A DNA stretch of 64,000 nt. Source: an uncultured Alphaproteobacteria bacterium (GTDB lineage Bacteria; Pseudomonadota; Alphaproteobacteria; HIMB59; GCA-002718135). The notes under the pieces were generated by a model. That model was given only the letters and a program-made list of their open reading frames with translations, made no database searches and had not been told where the DNA came from. The position numbers and the translations under genes are program-made. Of the stretch, positions 39,450 to 49,266 are shown one piece after another. How positions within the stretch are numbered: the stretch's first letter is position 1; the number at the start of each line of letters is the position of its first letter. The stretch spans positions 17,573-81,572 of the forward strand of contig CACKSM010000003.1 in NCBI GenBank assembly GCA_902602885.1, in the 5' to 3' direction.

Positions 39450-40901
39450 GTGAACTCAGAAACTCTAAATACATTAGATTCTTATAGTAAAAATAAGTAC
39501 AAGTATGGCTTTGTTACAGATATAGATGAAGAAAAGCCAAAAAAAGGATTAAACGAAGATATCATTAAATTTATTTCGCTAAAAAAGAACGAGCCAGAAT
39601 GGATGCTTGAATGGAGATTAAAAGCATTTTCAAAATGGAAAAAAATGAAAGAGCCAAAATGGGCAAACCTTAGTTTTCCTGAAATTGACTATCAAGATAT
39701 CTATTATTATTCTGCACCTAAAGGTTTTGAAAAGAAACCCAAAGATCTAAGTGAAGTAGATCCAAAACTTATAGAAACATATAACAAACTTGGAATTCCT
39801 TTAGAGGAGCAAAAAGTATTAGCGGGTGTTGCCGTTGATGTTGTTTTTGATAGCGTTTCAGTTGCAACTACCTATAAAAGTGAATTAGAAAAGCTTGGTA
39901 TAATTTTTTCTTCCATCGGAGAGGCAATTCAGAAACATCCTGATTTAATAAAAAAATACTTAGGATCAGTTATACCAGCTGGAGACCATTCATTTTCTGC
40001 ATTAAATTCAGCTGTGTTTACTGATGGATCATTTGTATACATTCCAGAGGGTGTAAAATGTCCAATGGAGCTATCAACTTATTTTAGAATTAATGCTGAA
40101 AATACTGGCCAATTTGAGAGAACTTTAATTATTGCCGATAAAGGCAGTTACGTTAGCTATTTAGAAGGCTGTACCGCTCCCAAAAGAGACGACAATCAAT
40201 TACATGCAGCTAATGTAGAACTAATAGCCTTAGAAGATGCGGAAATAAAATATTCAACTGTTCAAAATTGGTATCCAGGAGATGAAGAGGGAAAAGGTGG
40301 TATATATAATTTTGTTACTAAAAGAGGTCTTTGTGCGGGTAAAAATAGTAAGATATCGTGGACACAAGTAGAGACAGGATCTGCTATTACATGGAAATAT
40401 CCTAGCTGTATTTTAAAAGGCGATAATTCAATAGGCGAATTTTACTCTGTTGCAATAACAAACAATTTTCAACAAGCTGATACGGGAACGAAAATGACTC
40501 ATATTGGTAAAAATACCAAAAGCAAAATTATATCAAAGGGTATTTCCTTAGGTCGGTCACAAAATACTTACAGAGGTGAGGTTTCTTTTTTAAGAAAAGC
40601 TGAAAAGGCAAGAAATTATACGCAATGTGATTCTTTGTTAGTAGGAAATCAATGTGGGGCGCACACAGTTCCTTACATTGATTCAAAAAATAATACAGCT
40701 GTTATTGAGCACGAAGCTTCCACTTCTAAAATTAATGAAGATCAACTTTATTATTGCAGACAAAGAGGTTTAAGTCATGAAGAAGCAGTTTCATTAATAG
40801 TAAACGGTTTCTGCAAACAAGTTTTGCAAGAACTTCCTATGGAATTTGCTGTTGAAGCACAAAAACTGGTATCCATATCTCTCGAAGGAAGTGTAGGTTA
40901 G
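39450..40901 (+). CDS. sufB: Fe-S cluster assembly scaffold SufB
   Basis: [31 protein letters not shown] and ISLEGSVG motifs. Confidence 0.97.
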   Translation: MNSETLNTLDSYSKNKYKYGFVTDIDEEKPKKGLNEDIIKFISLKKNEPEWMLEWRLKAFSKWKKMKEPKWANLSFPEIDYQDIYYYSAPKGFEKKPKDLSEVDPKLIETYNKLGIPLEEQKVLAGVAVDVVFDSVSVATTYKSELEKLGIIFSSIGEAIQKHPDLIKKYLGSVIPAGDHSFSALNSAVFTDGSFVYIPEGVKCPMELSTYFRINAENTGQFERTLIIADKGSYVSYLEGCTAPKRDDNQLHAANVELIALEDAEIKYSTVQNWYPGDEEGKGGIYNFVTKRGLCAGKNSKISWTQVETGSAITWKYPSCILKGDNSIGEFYSVAITNNFQQADTGTKMTHIGKNTKSKIISKGISLGRSQNTYRGEVSFLRKAEKARNYTQCDSLLVGNQCGAHTVPYIDSKNNTAVIEHEASTSKINEDQLYYCRQRGLSHEEAVSLIVNGFCKQVLQELPMEFAVEAQKLVSISLEGSVG

Positions 40902-40902
40902 T

Positions 40903-41643
40903 ATGTTTTTAGAAATCAAAGACCTATCAGTAAAAATTGAAAATAAAAATATTCTTAAAAGTCTTAACTTAAATATTAATAAAGGTGAAGTTCACGCAAT
41001 TATGGGGCCAAATGGATCTGGTAAAAGTACATTAGCAAACGTTCTTGCAGGTAAAGAGGATTATGAAATCTTAAATGGTAAAATTAACTTTAAAGATAAT
41101 GATTTATTTGATTTAAATATCGAAGAAAGAGCACAAGAAGGAATGTTTTTGGCTTTTCAATATCCTGTTGAAATACCTGGAGTAAATATCACTCCATTTT
41201 TACACTCTGCAATTAATTCTAAAAGAAAACGTATGAATGAAGAAGAAATTGATAATTTATCATTTGCCAAGCTTTTAAAATCTAAAGCTAGTGATTTAGG
41301 TATAAATATTGATATGCTTAAACGATCAGTTAATACAGGCTTCTCTGGAGGTGAAAAAAAACGTTACGAAATTTTACAAATGAGTATTCTTAATCCTGAT
41401 TTAGCTATTTTAGATGAAACAGATTCAGGCCTGGATATTGATGCTCTTAAAATCGTTACCGATGGGGTTAATAAACTTAAAACAAAAGATAATTCATTTT
41501 TAATTATTACTCATTATCAAAAACTTTTGGATTATATTAAACCAGATTATGTACATGTTATGGTCAATGGTTCTATTGTCAAATCAGGAGGATCTGAAAT
41601 TGCTGCTGAAATAGAAAAAGATGGATTTCAAAAATTTCAGTAA
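40903..41643 (+). CDS. sufC: Fe-S assembly ATPase SufC
   Basis: GPNGSGKST, FQYPVEIPGV, FSGGEKKR and LDETDSGLDID motifs. Confidence 0.97.
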   Translation: MFLEIKDLSVKIENKNILKSLNLNINKGEVHAIMGPNGSGKSTLANVLAGKEDYEILNGKINFKDNDLFDLNIEERAQEGMFLAFQYPVEIPGVNITPFLHSAINSKRKRMNEEEIDNLSFAKLLKSKASDLGINIDMLKRSVNTGFSGGEKKRYEILQMSILNPDLAILDETDSGLDIDALKIVTDGVNKLKTKDNSFLIITHYQKLLDYIKPDYVHVMVNGSIVKSGGSEIAAEIEKDGFQKFQ

Positions 41644-42869
41644 TGAATATCCAAGATAATTATCTAAAAAATAAAAAAAATATTTTTTTTTCAGACAACA
41701 AAGATATTCAAACTCATAGAGATAAATTAATAAATATTTTTGAAAATGATAGATTTGATAAAAAAAATAATGAAAGTCTTAAAAATATAAATCTAAAAAA
41801 CTTTATTGATTTTAAGTATAAATATCTGATCCCTGAAGAAACATCAGTAATAAACAATAATCAGGAAAATAGTTATTCAATAGTTTCTGTAAATGGACAG
41901 TGTTCGAGTTTTAAAGATGATAAAATTGAAATTACTAAAATTTTAGATGAAGATTACAATGATTTTTCTAAAAATGATACAATTGAAAATAATGATCATT
42001 TTGTAAATTTAAATTCATTATTTTTAAATAGCGGTTTTAAGATTGTTATAAAAAAAAATAACAACATAAAAATTAAAATATCAAACATTATTACTGATGA
42101 TAATTTAACCATTTTTCAAAAAAATAATTATATTTGTGAAGAAGGATCATCCCTAAATCTTATTGAAGAATATGAAAATAAAAATAATTCTACATCGAAT
42201 ATATTAAATGTAATTAAATTAGAAAAAAATTCTCAGCTAAATCATTTTCTAATTCAAGACAATTCTCCCAATCATAATTTAATAATAACAACTCATTCTT
42301 CATGTAAAAAAGATTCTACCTACACCCAAAAAGTATACAATTTTTCAGAAGGCTACGTAAGAAACTTTCATTATTCAGAATTAATAGAAGTTAATTCAGA
42401 AGCGGATCTACAAGGAATATTTTTTCTAAAAGATAATAACACATCTAACAACAAAACCTTTGTTAAGCATTTAGCTGAAGATTGCAAAAGTAATCAAGTT
42501 TATAAAGGTATTTTGAACGATCGCTCTAAAGCAACATACTTTAGTAATACTCATGTTGATCAAGTGGCTCAAAAAACAGAGGGATATCAACTAAGCAAAG
42601 GGATACTTTTATCTGAAAATGCATCGTATTTTTCTAAACCTGAATTAAAAATATACGCTGATGATGTGAAATGTAGTCATGGCTCCACGATTGGGCCAAT
42701 AGATGAAAATGCTATTTTTTATCTCCGATCTAGAGGTATGAGTAAAATTGCAGCAACTAAAATATTGATATCATCATTTATTAATGAAGAATTAAGTAGT
42801 ATTGATAATGAACAAATGTCGGAAATAATTCAAAAGAAACTAGTTAGATACTTAAGTAAAGTGAAATGA
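41643..42869 (+). CDS. sufD: Fe-S assembly protein SufD
   Basis: KPELKIYADDVKCSHGST and FYLRSRG motifs. Confidence 0.93.
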   Translation: MNIQDNYLKNKKNIFFSDNKDIQTHRDKLINIFENDRFDKKNNESLKNINLKNFIDFKYKYLIPEETSVINNNQENSYSIVSVNGQCSSFKDDKIEITKILDEDYNDFSKNDTIENNDHFVNLNSLFLNSGFKIVIKKNNNIKIKISNIITDDNLTIFQKNNYICEEGSSLNLIEEYENKNNSTSNILNVIKLEKNSQLNHFLIQDNSPNHNLIITTHSSCKKDSTYTQKVYNFSEGYVRNFHYSELIEVNSEADLQGIFFLKDNNTSNNKTFVKHLAEDCKSNQVYKGILNDRSKATYFSNTHVDQVAQKTEGYQLSKGILLSENASYFSKPELKIYADDVKCSHGSTIGPIDENAIFYLRSRGMSKIAATKILISSFINEELSSIDNEQMSEIIQKKLVRYLSKVK

Positions 42870-44062
42870 ATATTTCAAATTTAAAATCAAGATTTCCTGT
42901 ATTCAAAAAAAATCCTAATCTAGTTTTTTTAGATACTGCAGCTTCAGCATTAAAAGTTGATGAAATGATTGAAGCCACCAATAACTGTTACACAAATGAA
43001 TATGCAAATATTCATAGAGGTAATTATGAATTAAGTTCAAATTTAACAAAAAAATTTGAAGATGCTCGAAAAAAAGTTGCAGATTATTTAAACACATCTG
43101 AAAACAATATTATTTTTGTTAAAAGTGCTACAGAAGGTATAAATTTAATTGCATCTTGTATGTCTAAAAGATTTTTAGAAGATGGTGACGAAATAATCTT
43201 AAGTTATCTTGAGCACCATGCTAATTTGATACCTTGGCATCTAATTGAAAAAAAGGTAAAAATTATTCCTCTAGGGCTAAACGAAAATAGTGAGATTAAT
43301 TATGATGAACTAAATCATAAAATTAATACAAAAACTAAATTAATTACATTAACCCATATGTCAAATGTTACAGGATCAATAACGAATTTTGATACAGTAA
43401 AAGAAATTGCCAAAAAAAAGAACATACCGCTACTATTAGATGGTTGTCAATTTGCTCCTCACAAAAAAGTTGATTTAAAAGATTTAGATCCTGATTTTTA
43501 TGTTTTTTCTGCACATAAAATGTATGGACCTTCAGGCCTTGGCATATTGTATATGAAAGATAAGTGGATAGATGAATTTACTCCTTACCAAGGAGGAGGG
43601 CAAATGATTCATGATGTAGATATTGATAAAAGTACATATGCAAATGGATACGAAAAATTTGAGGCAGGTACTCCTCCTATTGCACCAGTTATAGGTTTCT
43701 ATTCTTCATTAAATTTTATGGATGAAGTTGATCCAAATGTTATTTATGACCATGAAATGAAACTTCATAATTATGCTTATGAAAAACTTTCAAAATTCAA
43801 TAATATTAAAATATATGGATCAAATAAAAATAAAGGTGCAATCATTTCTTTTAATATTGAAGGTGTACATAATTCTGATTTAGGTGCAATGTTAGATAAA
43901 AAAAATATAGCAATAAGAACTGGACATCATTGTTGTCAGCCTCTTATGAAACATTTCAATGTCACTGGTACTTCTAGAATTTCATTTGGAATATATAATA
44001 CAAAGGATGATGTTGATTATTTAGTAGACAGCATACATGAAATAACAAAAATCTTACTATAA
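42866..44062 (+). CDS. sufS: Cysteine desulfurase SufS
   Basis: ANIHRG, EHHAN, SAHKMYGP and RTGHHCCQP motifs. Confidence 0.95.
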   Translation: MNISNLKSRFPVFKKNPNLVFLDTAASALKVDEMIEATNNCYTNEYANIHRGNYELSSNLTKKFEDARKKVADYLNTSENNIIFVKSATEGINLIASCMSKRFLEDGDEIILSYLEHHANLIPWHLIEKKVKIIPLGLNENSEINYDELNHKINTKTKLITLTHMSNVTGSITNFDTVKEIAKKKNIPLLLDGCQFAPHKKVDLKDLDPDFYVFSAHKMYGPSGLGILYMKDKWIDEFTPYQGGGQMIHDVDIDKSTYANGYEKFEAGTPPIAPVIGFYSSLNFMDEVDPNVIYDHEMKLHNYAYEKLSKFNNIKIYGSNKNKGAIISFNIEGVHNSDLGAMLDKKNIAIRTGHHCCQPLMKHFNVTGTSRISFGIYNTKDDVDYLVDSIHEITKILL

Positions 44063-44065
44063 CTA

Positions 44066-44452
44066 ATGGAAGAAAAAGAACTAGAAGATTTTTTACCAGA
44101 TAAAAACACAAGTTATATAAAAAAATTCAATAATTCAAACTTAACGACTAAAATTAATGAAGAACAAGTTATAGAGTGTATTAGGACTGTCCTTGATCCT
44201 GAAATACCAGTCAACTTATATGATTTAGGTTTAATATACGAAATTAAGATTAATGATAATAACGACATTAAAATTAAAATGACACTAACTAACCCAAACT
44301 GCCCTGTTGCAGGAACTATGCCGGAAAGTGTAGGAAAATCTGTTGAAAAATTATCAAATCTAAATTCAATTGAAGTTTCTTTGGTTTGGGATCCAAAGTG
44401 GCATAAAGATTTAATGTCCGAAGAAGCAAAACTTGCTTTGGATATTTTTTAA
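44066..44452 (+). CDS. SUF system Fe-S assembly protein (DUF59/SufT)
   Basis: DPEIPVNLYDLGLIY, MTLTNPNCPVA and WDPKW motifs. Confidence 0.9.
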   Translation: MEEKELEDFLPDKNTSYIKKFNNSNLTTKINEEQVIECIRTVLDPEIPVNLYDLGLIYEIKINDNNDIKIKMTLTNPNCPVAGTMPESVGKSVEKLSNLNSIEVSLVWDPKWHKDLMSEEAKLALDIF

Positions 44453-44471
44453 ATTAATTTATAATATAATT

Positions 44472-44807
44472 ATGAATAGTCTAATTTCAGTTACTGCTAA
44501 AGCAGCTCATCAAATAAAAAAGATATTATCCAAAGCTCCAGATGGGTTTGACTCAGTAATTGTAGGAGTTGATAAATCAGGTTGTAGTGGATATTCTTAT
44601 AAATTAGATTTTGGAAAATCAACTGATCTAAAGGAATATGAAACTATCAAGATGAATGGTATAAAGTTATTAGTTGAACCTAAGGCTACTATGTTTTTAA
44701 TTGGATCAACAATGGATTATCAAACTGATAAACTTTCTTCAAGATTTGTTTTTGAAAATCCCAATGAGAAGTCAACATGCGGTTGTGGTGAGTCCTTTAC
44801 TGTTTAG
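44472..44807 (+). CDS. sufA: A-type Fe-S carrier (SufA/IscA)
   Basis: GCSGYSY and CGCGESF motifs. Start moved to ATG 44472. Confidence 0.9.
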   Translation: MNSLISVTAKAAHQIKKILSKAPDGFDSVIVGVDKSGCSGYSYKLDFGKSTDLKEYETIKMNGIKLLVEPKATMFLIGSTMDYQTDKLSSRFVFENPNEKSTCGCGESFTV

Positions 44808-44810
44808 TTT

Positions 44811-45200
44811 TTAATCTAAAAATATTGATTTAGATATTTTATATTTAATTATTAAAAATACAAAAGTATTAAAAATTTGAACAAGCACATACCAAATTTT
44901 AAAATTAATAATCAGATACATATAAATTAACCAATCACAAAATCTAAAAAAAATTAGTAGAATAAAGAAATAAAAAAATTTTTTATAAATATTTTTTTTG
45001 TTATTAGATTTAAATACAACAAAAAAATTTAATAAAAAATTTGAAATAATAAGGAAAGTTAAAGTGATTGCATAAGCTATTTCATAATTAAATAATAGTA
45101 TTTCTACCAATGAGTAATTTAAAATTAATGAAATAATATAAGTTGGTAAACCAATCAAAGTGAAAAAATAAAACTTTTTATCAATAAAAATATTATTCAT
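44811..45200 (-). CDS. GtrA-like small flippase
   Basis: 129 aa with four hydrophobic helices and an NFLLNFFVVFK motif; last gene of a GT2 operon. Confidence 0.7.
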   Translation of the reverse strand: MNNIFIDKKFYFFTLIGLPTYIISLILNYSLVEILLFNYEIAYAITLTFLIISNFLLNFFVVFKSNNKKNIYKKFFYFFILLIFFRFCDWLIYMYLIINFKIWYVLVQIFNTFVFLIIKYKISKSIFLD

Positions 45201-45783
45201 TTAAAAAATAAGTTGTTTTGGCATTAATTTCATTCTCATTATTTGAAATAATTTTTATATCACAATGAAATTTTATTGAATCTTGAATTTCAAAGTTTGA
45301 TCCACTTGCAGTATGCCTTACATCAAAACCTCTATTTTTTTTTATTTCACAATTTTTAATATTTCCTAGGAACTGATCATAGATAACAATTTGATATTCA
45401 TCAAACTTAATTTTTCTAGTAAAGATTACGTCTTTGACCCCATTTTTAAAAATCATAATCTTTCTTAGAAAAGGAAATAAATTTATATTAAGAAAACTTA
45501 AAAGTCTTAAAATTAAATGTCTTAGAGGCGATGATTTTAGTTCATATTTTTGAAATAGCGAACCTTTGATTTCGATAGAATTATTATCAATTTTTGTTTT
45601 CCATTTTCTTGAGAAGTGAAAATTTGTATATTTTTTTTTATTTCTTAAAAATATCCAGCCATAATTATTTGAACTTAAATTTTTTGAGTAATTGTTTATA
45701 GTAAATGCACCTCCTTTGTTATTGAAAATATTTAAGCTAATTTTATTATTGTTTTTGCTTTTAAAAGTTTTATTTATGAACAT
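45193..45783 (-). CDS. Hypothetical protein, possibly the beta-rich partner domain of the upstream gene product
   Basis: Long ORF with TAATG coupling; FTRKIKF, IYDQF and RHTASG segments. Confidence 0.65.
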   Translation of the reverse strand: MFINKTFKSKNNNKISLNIFNNKGGAFTINNYSKNLSSNNYGWIFLRNKKKYTNFHFSRKWKTKIDNNSIEIKGSLFQKYELKSSPLRHLILRLLSFLNINLFPFLRKIMIFKNGVKDVIFTRKIKFDEYQIVIYDQFLGNIKNCEIKKNRGFDVRHTASGSNFEIQDSIKFHCDIKIISNNENEINAKTTYFLNE

Positions 45784-46745
45784 TATTTAGTCTCCAATAG
45801 CTCTAAACACCGAAACAGAGATTGACCTAAGTAATGGCATAAATATCTGTCATCCATCGAGTCAAAAAAATGATATTCATCTATCTCTTTTAAAAATAAT
45901 GTTTCTACAGCTTCTTTTATAGATTTTTTATTTTGATTTTTATCCATGTATGATTTGAAAAGACCGTATGGCAAAATGTAGTTTGAATTTCTTGAATTAA
46001 AAATTGAAAAATTTTCTTTCAGAGTGTTTACTACGTATGTTATATAATCTGTTATTTTAGTTATTGCTGAATATACTCTGTGGTTTTTGGTAATATCATA
46101 AATATCCCAAAAACAATCAAGTGATACTGATAAATAGCCAATATCAGGACCGTCATACTCATTGAACCAACCATCTTTGTGCTGCTGATTTAGGACTTTA
46201 TTTAATAAATTATCGTATTTTGAACTCTCTAAAGTTTGTGGATCAATATAGTTTATATAAGTCAAAGCAGCTAGCCCAGCTATTTGTTGATTCATAGCTT
46301 CTTTTTCATATCTTTTTAAAAGTTGAAATGCTGCTTTTTCAATTCCTTTTTTTATGTTCTCTATTTCAATTACTTTTTCATTAATGAGCTTACATATGGA
46401 TAATGTTGAAAAAGCTAAAGGTGCATAGCCTCTCTCATAAGGATAGTACTCCTCAAATGATCCATATTTATTTACTCTATTGTTCCAAAAAATACAGCCA
46501 GCTTTTGCTAAATCTTTTATTTCTCTAGTAAAAATTTGATTTCTTTTTAATTTAGAAGCTATGTAAATGGAGTAGGAGCCTTGTTGTAATATAATTGAAG
46601 GAAAATCTCTAATTTTATAATGCCACCAATTTCTATCAAAGCATCCATAGAACTTGCTATTTTCATCTCTGCAAACTTGCGTCATAATACGTGGAAAAAA
46701 TAAATTTGATCTATTCTTTAAAAAAATTAAGATTTTTTCATTCAT
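45783..46745 (-). CDS. Hypothetical alpha/alpha-toroid-like protein
   Basis: GCFDRNWWHYK, GSFEEYYPYE and QHKDGWFNEYDGPDIGY; the last resembles QxxDGxW/F prenyltransferase-type repeats. Confidence 0.6.
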   Translation of the reverse strand: MNEKILIFLKNRSNLFFPRIMTQVCRDENSKFYGCFDRNWWHYKIRDFPSIILQQGSYSIYIASKLKRNQIFTREIKDLAKAGCIFWNNRVNKYGSFEEYYPYERGYAPLAFSTLSICKLINEKVIEIENIKKGIEKAAFQLLKRYEKEAMNQQIAGLAALTYINYIDPQTLESSKYDNLLNKVLNQQHKDGWFNEYDGPDIGYLSVSLDCFWDIYDITKNHRVYSAITKITDYITYVVNTLKENFSIFNSRNSNYILPYGLFKSYMDKNQNKKSIKEAVETLFLKEIDEYHFFDSMDDRYLCHYLGQSLFRCLELLETK

Positions 46746-48097
46746 TCATCTCTAACCATTTTAATTAAATTTAAATTTTTTCTTTTTGCAGGTTTTGATA
46801 TAAACTTCCAAGAAAGTCTTAAATAATTAAAAGTGGGACCTAAAATTTTTTCTGGTATGGATTCCATTAATTTAATACTTAATTTAAAACTACAAATTTT
46901 AAAAATAAAAATGATAAATAATTCAATTACTATTCTTATAAAAGTAATATTATTTGGCTTAATTCCAAAATTTGGAGTTTTTATATTAAATTTTCTTTTA
47001 ATTAGCATTCTTATATAAGAACCTCGTTTTTTAAAATCTAACATATGTCCATGCATAGATAATGCAAAATTTTCATTTATAGACTCAAGTGATATTATTG
47101 ATTTATTTTTCATAATATTTAGAATTTTATTTAATTCTTCATTTCTTACATTTACTATAGATTTTGCTTTACTTTTTTTTTCTACTATTGGTGACCAAGC
47201 ATCACCAACTGCAAGATCAGCAAACTCATTAACAAAATCCATACTATTTAAGCTTATTTTAGAGATATAAAATGGAATCAAATAATTGTAGTAAATTTTT
47301 GGAATGCTTATAGATTTACCAGATTTGTAATTTACTAATAATGACCCAGGCCAATTTCCATCTCTCCATTTAAATTCATCAATTTTATCAAATTTATTTA
47401 TTTTGTATTTTAATTTTAATGAGTTTAAAAAATTCGATGATAGCATAGTTCCTGTATATGGGCCTAAGATATATTTGATTTGTAAAGCCTTTAAATTTTT
47501 ATTTACTTGCAGGTATCTTATTGCTGCAGATTGTTCAGGTAAAGTTGTTATTGCATAATTCTCATTAACTTTAAAATCGCGAAAACTGTCAAGATTTGAA
47601 ACGGCTGTATATACTGATTGTGATGATTGTCTAATCTCAGTTTCTGTTCTAGCAAAAAAATATTCCCCACCTGTTGGATTTTTATTTGATTGCTTAATTA
47701 AAATCGCAGCATCTATTAGTTTATTTTTTAGTAAATATATTAAAACTTCTGTTATAATACCCGCACTGGAGAAATGTTTATGATTTTTATAATCGTTAGA
47801 CCAACCCAAAAACAGACCTTCTGTAATTCCTAGAGGCCAATTATCTGGAAATTTTTTATAAAAATTTTTGTATAGGTCATAATAGTTAAGTTTGTTTGCT
47901 GGACACGCATTAAACAAATCTTGATCAATATCTTTTGAAACATTGCTAGAAAAACTCGGCATTGGTTTTTCATAATTAGTAACCATTTTAGCTTCATCAT
48001 AATTGTGAGAGCTTACGCAAAGACCACAACTAAAACACAAATCATTTTTTAAAATTTTATTTTCAATTTCTTCAATTAAAGTAAATTTTTTTTTCAC
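46742..48097 (-). CDS. FrhB/FdhB-like (coenzyme F420 hydrogenase beta subunit family) Fe-S flavoprotein-like protein
   Basis: CxxCxxC...CP, SSAGIITEVL..LL, SQSVY, RDGNWPG and DF..EFADLAVGDAW motifs. Confidence 0.82.
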   Translation of the reverse strand: MKKKFTLIEEIENKILKNDLCFSCGLCVSSHNYDEAKMVTNYEKPMPSFSSNVSKDIDQDLFNACPANKLNYYDLYKNFYKKFPDNWPLGITEGLFLGWSNDYKNHKHFSSAGIITEVLIYLLKNKLIDAAILIKQSNKNPTGGEYFFARTETEIRQSSQSVYTAVSNLDSFRDFKVNENYAITTLPEQSAAIRYLQVNKNLKALQIKYILGPYTGTMLSSNFLNSLKLKYKINKFDKIDEFKWRDGNWPGSLLVNYKSGKSISIPKIYYNYLIPFYISKISLNSMDFVNEFADLAVGDAWSPIVEKKSKAKSIVNVRNEELNKILNIMKNKSIISLESINENFALSMHGHMLDFKKRGSYIRMLIKRKFNIKTPNFGIKPNNITFIRIVIELFIIFIFKICSFKLSIKLMESIPEKILGPTFNYLRLSWKFISKPAKRKNLNLIKMVRDE

Positions 48098-49050
48098 GAA
48101 TTTTTTGATTTACTCTCAAAATTTTTAATAATTGTCCTCATTTCTTCTAGGTGCTGTCTATTGATATTCATTAGATCTGCAAGCAAAGAAGTGATGCATG
48201 TCTGAAATCCTATTATCATTAATGTTATAGACAAAATAAGACTTGGAATATGTGTTCTACCCACTTCTATAAAAACATAAGTAAGTAAAAGCCATCTGAC
48301 TCCAAGAATTACACCAATAGAGAATAACAAAACCCCTAATGTAAAAAAAAATCTAAATGGTTGATATGCTAATATTATTCTTAAAATGATAAAAAAAGAA
48401 TTTTTTATATAATTAAAGTTACTTTTAACTAACTTTGATTTTCTATAATCACTATTTATTCTAATATCTACACAAGTCGTTGGAATACCAATATTACCTG
48501 CCTGTATTATTGTTTCTAAGGTGTATGTAAAATTATTAAAAACAATTAATTGAAGAGCGGCCTTTTTTGAAATAGCTCTAAAACCGCTCGTTACATCTAA
48601 GATATTTGTACCACTAATTTTTCTTACAACGAAACTTCCAATCTTCTGTAATTTTTTTTTCACATATGAAAAATTTTTAATTTCTTCAATCGGTCTGGTT
48701 CCAATTACAATTTCATGGCTATTATCAAGAATTGGTTTTACTAATAAATTGATATCATTTGCATTATACTGATTATCTGCATCAAGATTTACAATTATAT
48801 CAGCATTTAATTTTATTGATTCATTGATGCCTGTCATAAAAGTTTTAGCCAAACCTAAATTTTTTTTATGCTTAAAAATATGTTTAACACCTTCTTTTTT
48901 AGCTATTTCTACAGAATTATCATTACTACCATCATCAATCAAAATAGTAATAATTTCACTTATTCCAGTAATATTTTTTGGTATACTTTTTATTGTTTTA
49001 GCTAAAAGTAATTCTTCATTATAACATGGGATTTGAACAACTAAACGCAT
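48094..49050 (-). CDS. GT2 glycosyltransferase (DPM1/GtrB-like, two C-terminal TMs)
   Basis: IPCYNEE, IDDGS, DADNQY, DVTSGFRA and YTLET motifs. Confidence 0.9.
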   Translation of the reverse strand: MRLVVQIPCYNEELLLAKTIKSIPKNITGISEIITILIDDGSNDNSVEIAKKEGVKHIFKHKKNLGLAKTFMTGINESIKLNADIIVNLDADNQYNANDINLLVKPILDNSHEIVIGTRPIEEIKNFSYVKKKLQKIGSFVVRKISGTNILDVTSGFRAISKKAALQLIVFNNFTYTLETIIQAGNIGIPTTCVDIRINSDYRKSKLVKSNFNYIKNSFFIILRIILAYQPFRFFFTLGVLLFSIGVILGVRWLLLTYVFIEVGRTHIPSLILSITLMIIGFQTCITSLLADLMNINRQHLEEMRTIIKNFESKSKNS

Positions 49051-49162
49051 ATTTTATCAAATATCATTAAGCTTTTATTTAATAAAGAACTATAATTAAC
49101 CTAATTAGAAATATAAACTGCATATTGGAATTCATATATTATAGTGTATATCTATTTAAAAT

Positions 49163-49239
49163 GGCGGAGTAGCTCAGTTGGTCAGAGCGCACGGCTCATA
49201 TTCGTGATGTCGGGGGTTCAAATCCCTCCTCCGCTACCA
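49163..49239 (+). tRNA. tRNA-Met(CAT), elongator
   Basis: Cloverleaf with GGCGGAG/CTCCGCT acceptor, anticodon arm CACGG-CTCATAT-TCGTG, T-loop TTCAAAT and encoded CCA. The paired first position and G4/G5 argue against fMet or Ile2. Confidence 0.9.
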
Positions 49240-49266
49240 TTTTAAAAAAAAATTATTATTGAGAAA

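Noticed and set aside
45193-46745. Frameshifted pseudogene split at 45783
   Set aside because: The junction is a clean TAATG stop-start overlap like many others here. A natural split of a longer protein remains possible, but decay is not evident.
46742-48097. F420-reducing hydrogenase or methanogen-type metabolism
   Set aside because: There are no hydrogenase subunits, the core Cys ligands are missing, and the gene is in a glycan locus.
49163-49239. tRNA-Ile2 (lysidine) identity for the first CAT tRNA
   Set aside because: The acceptor stem GGCGGAG resembles elongator Met tRNAs and lacks the C4/C5 pattern typical of TilS substrates. This was not tested computationally.
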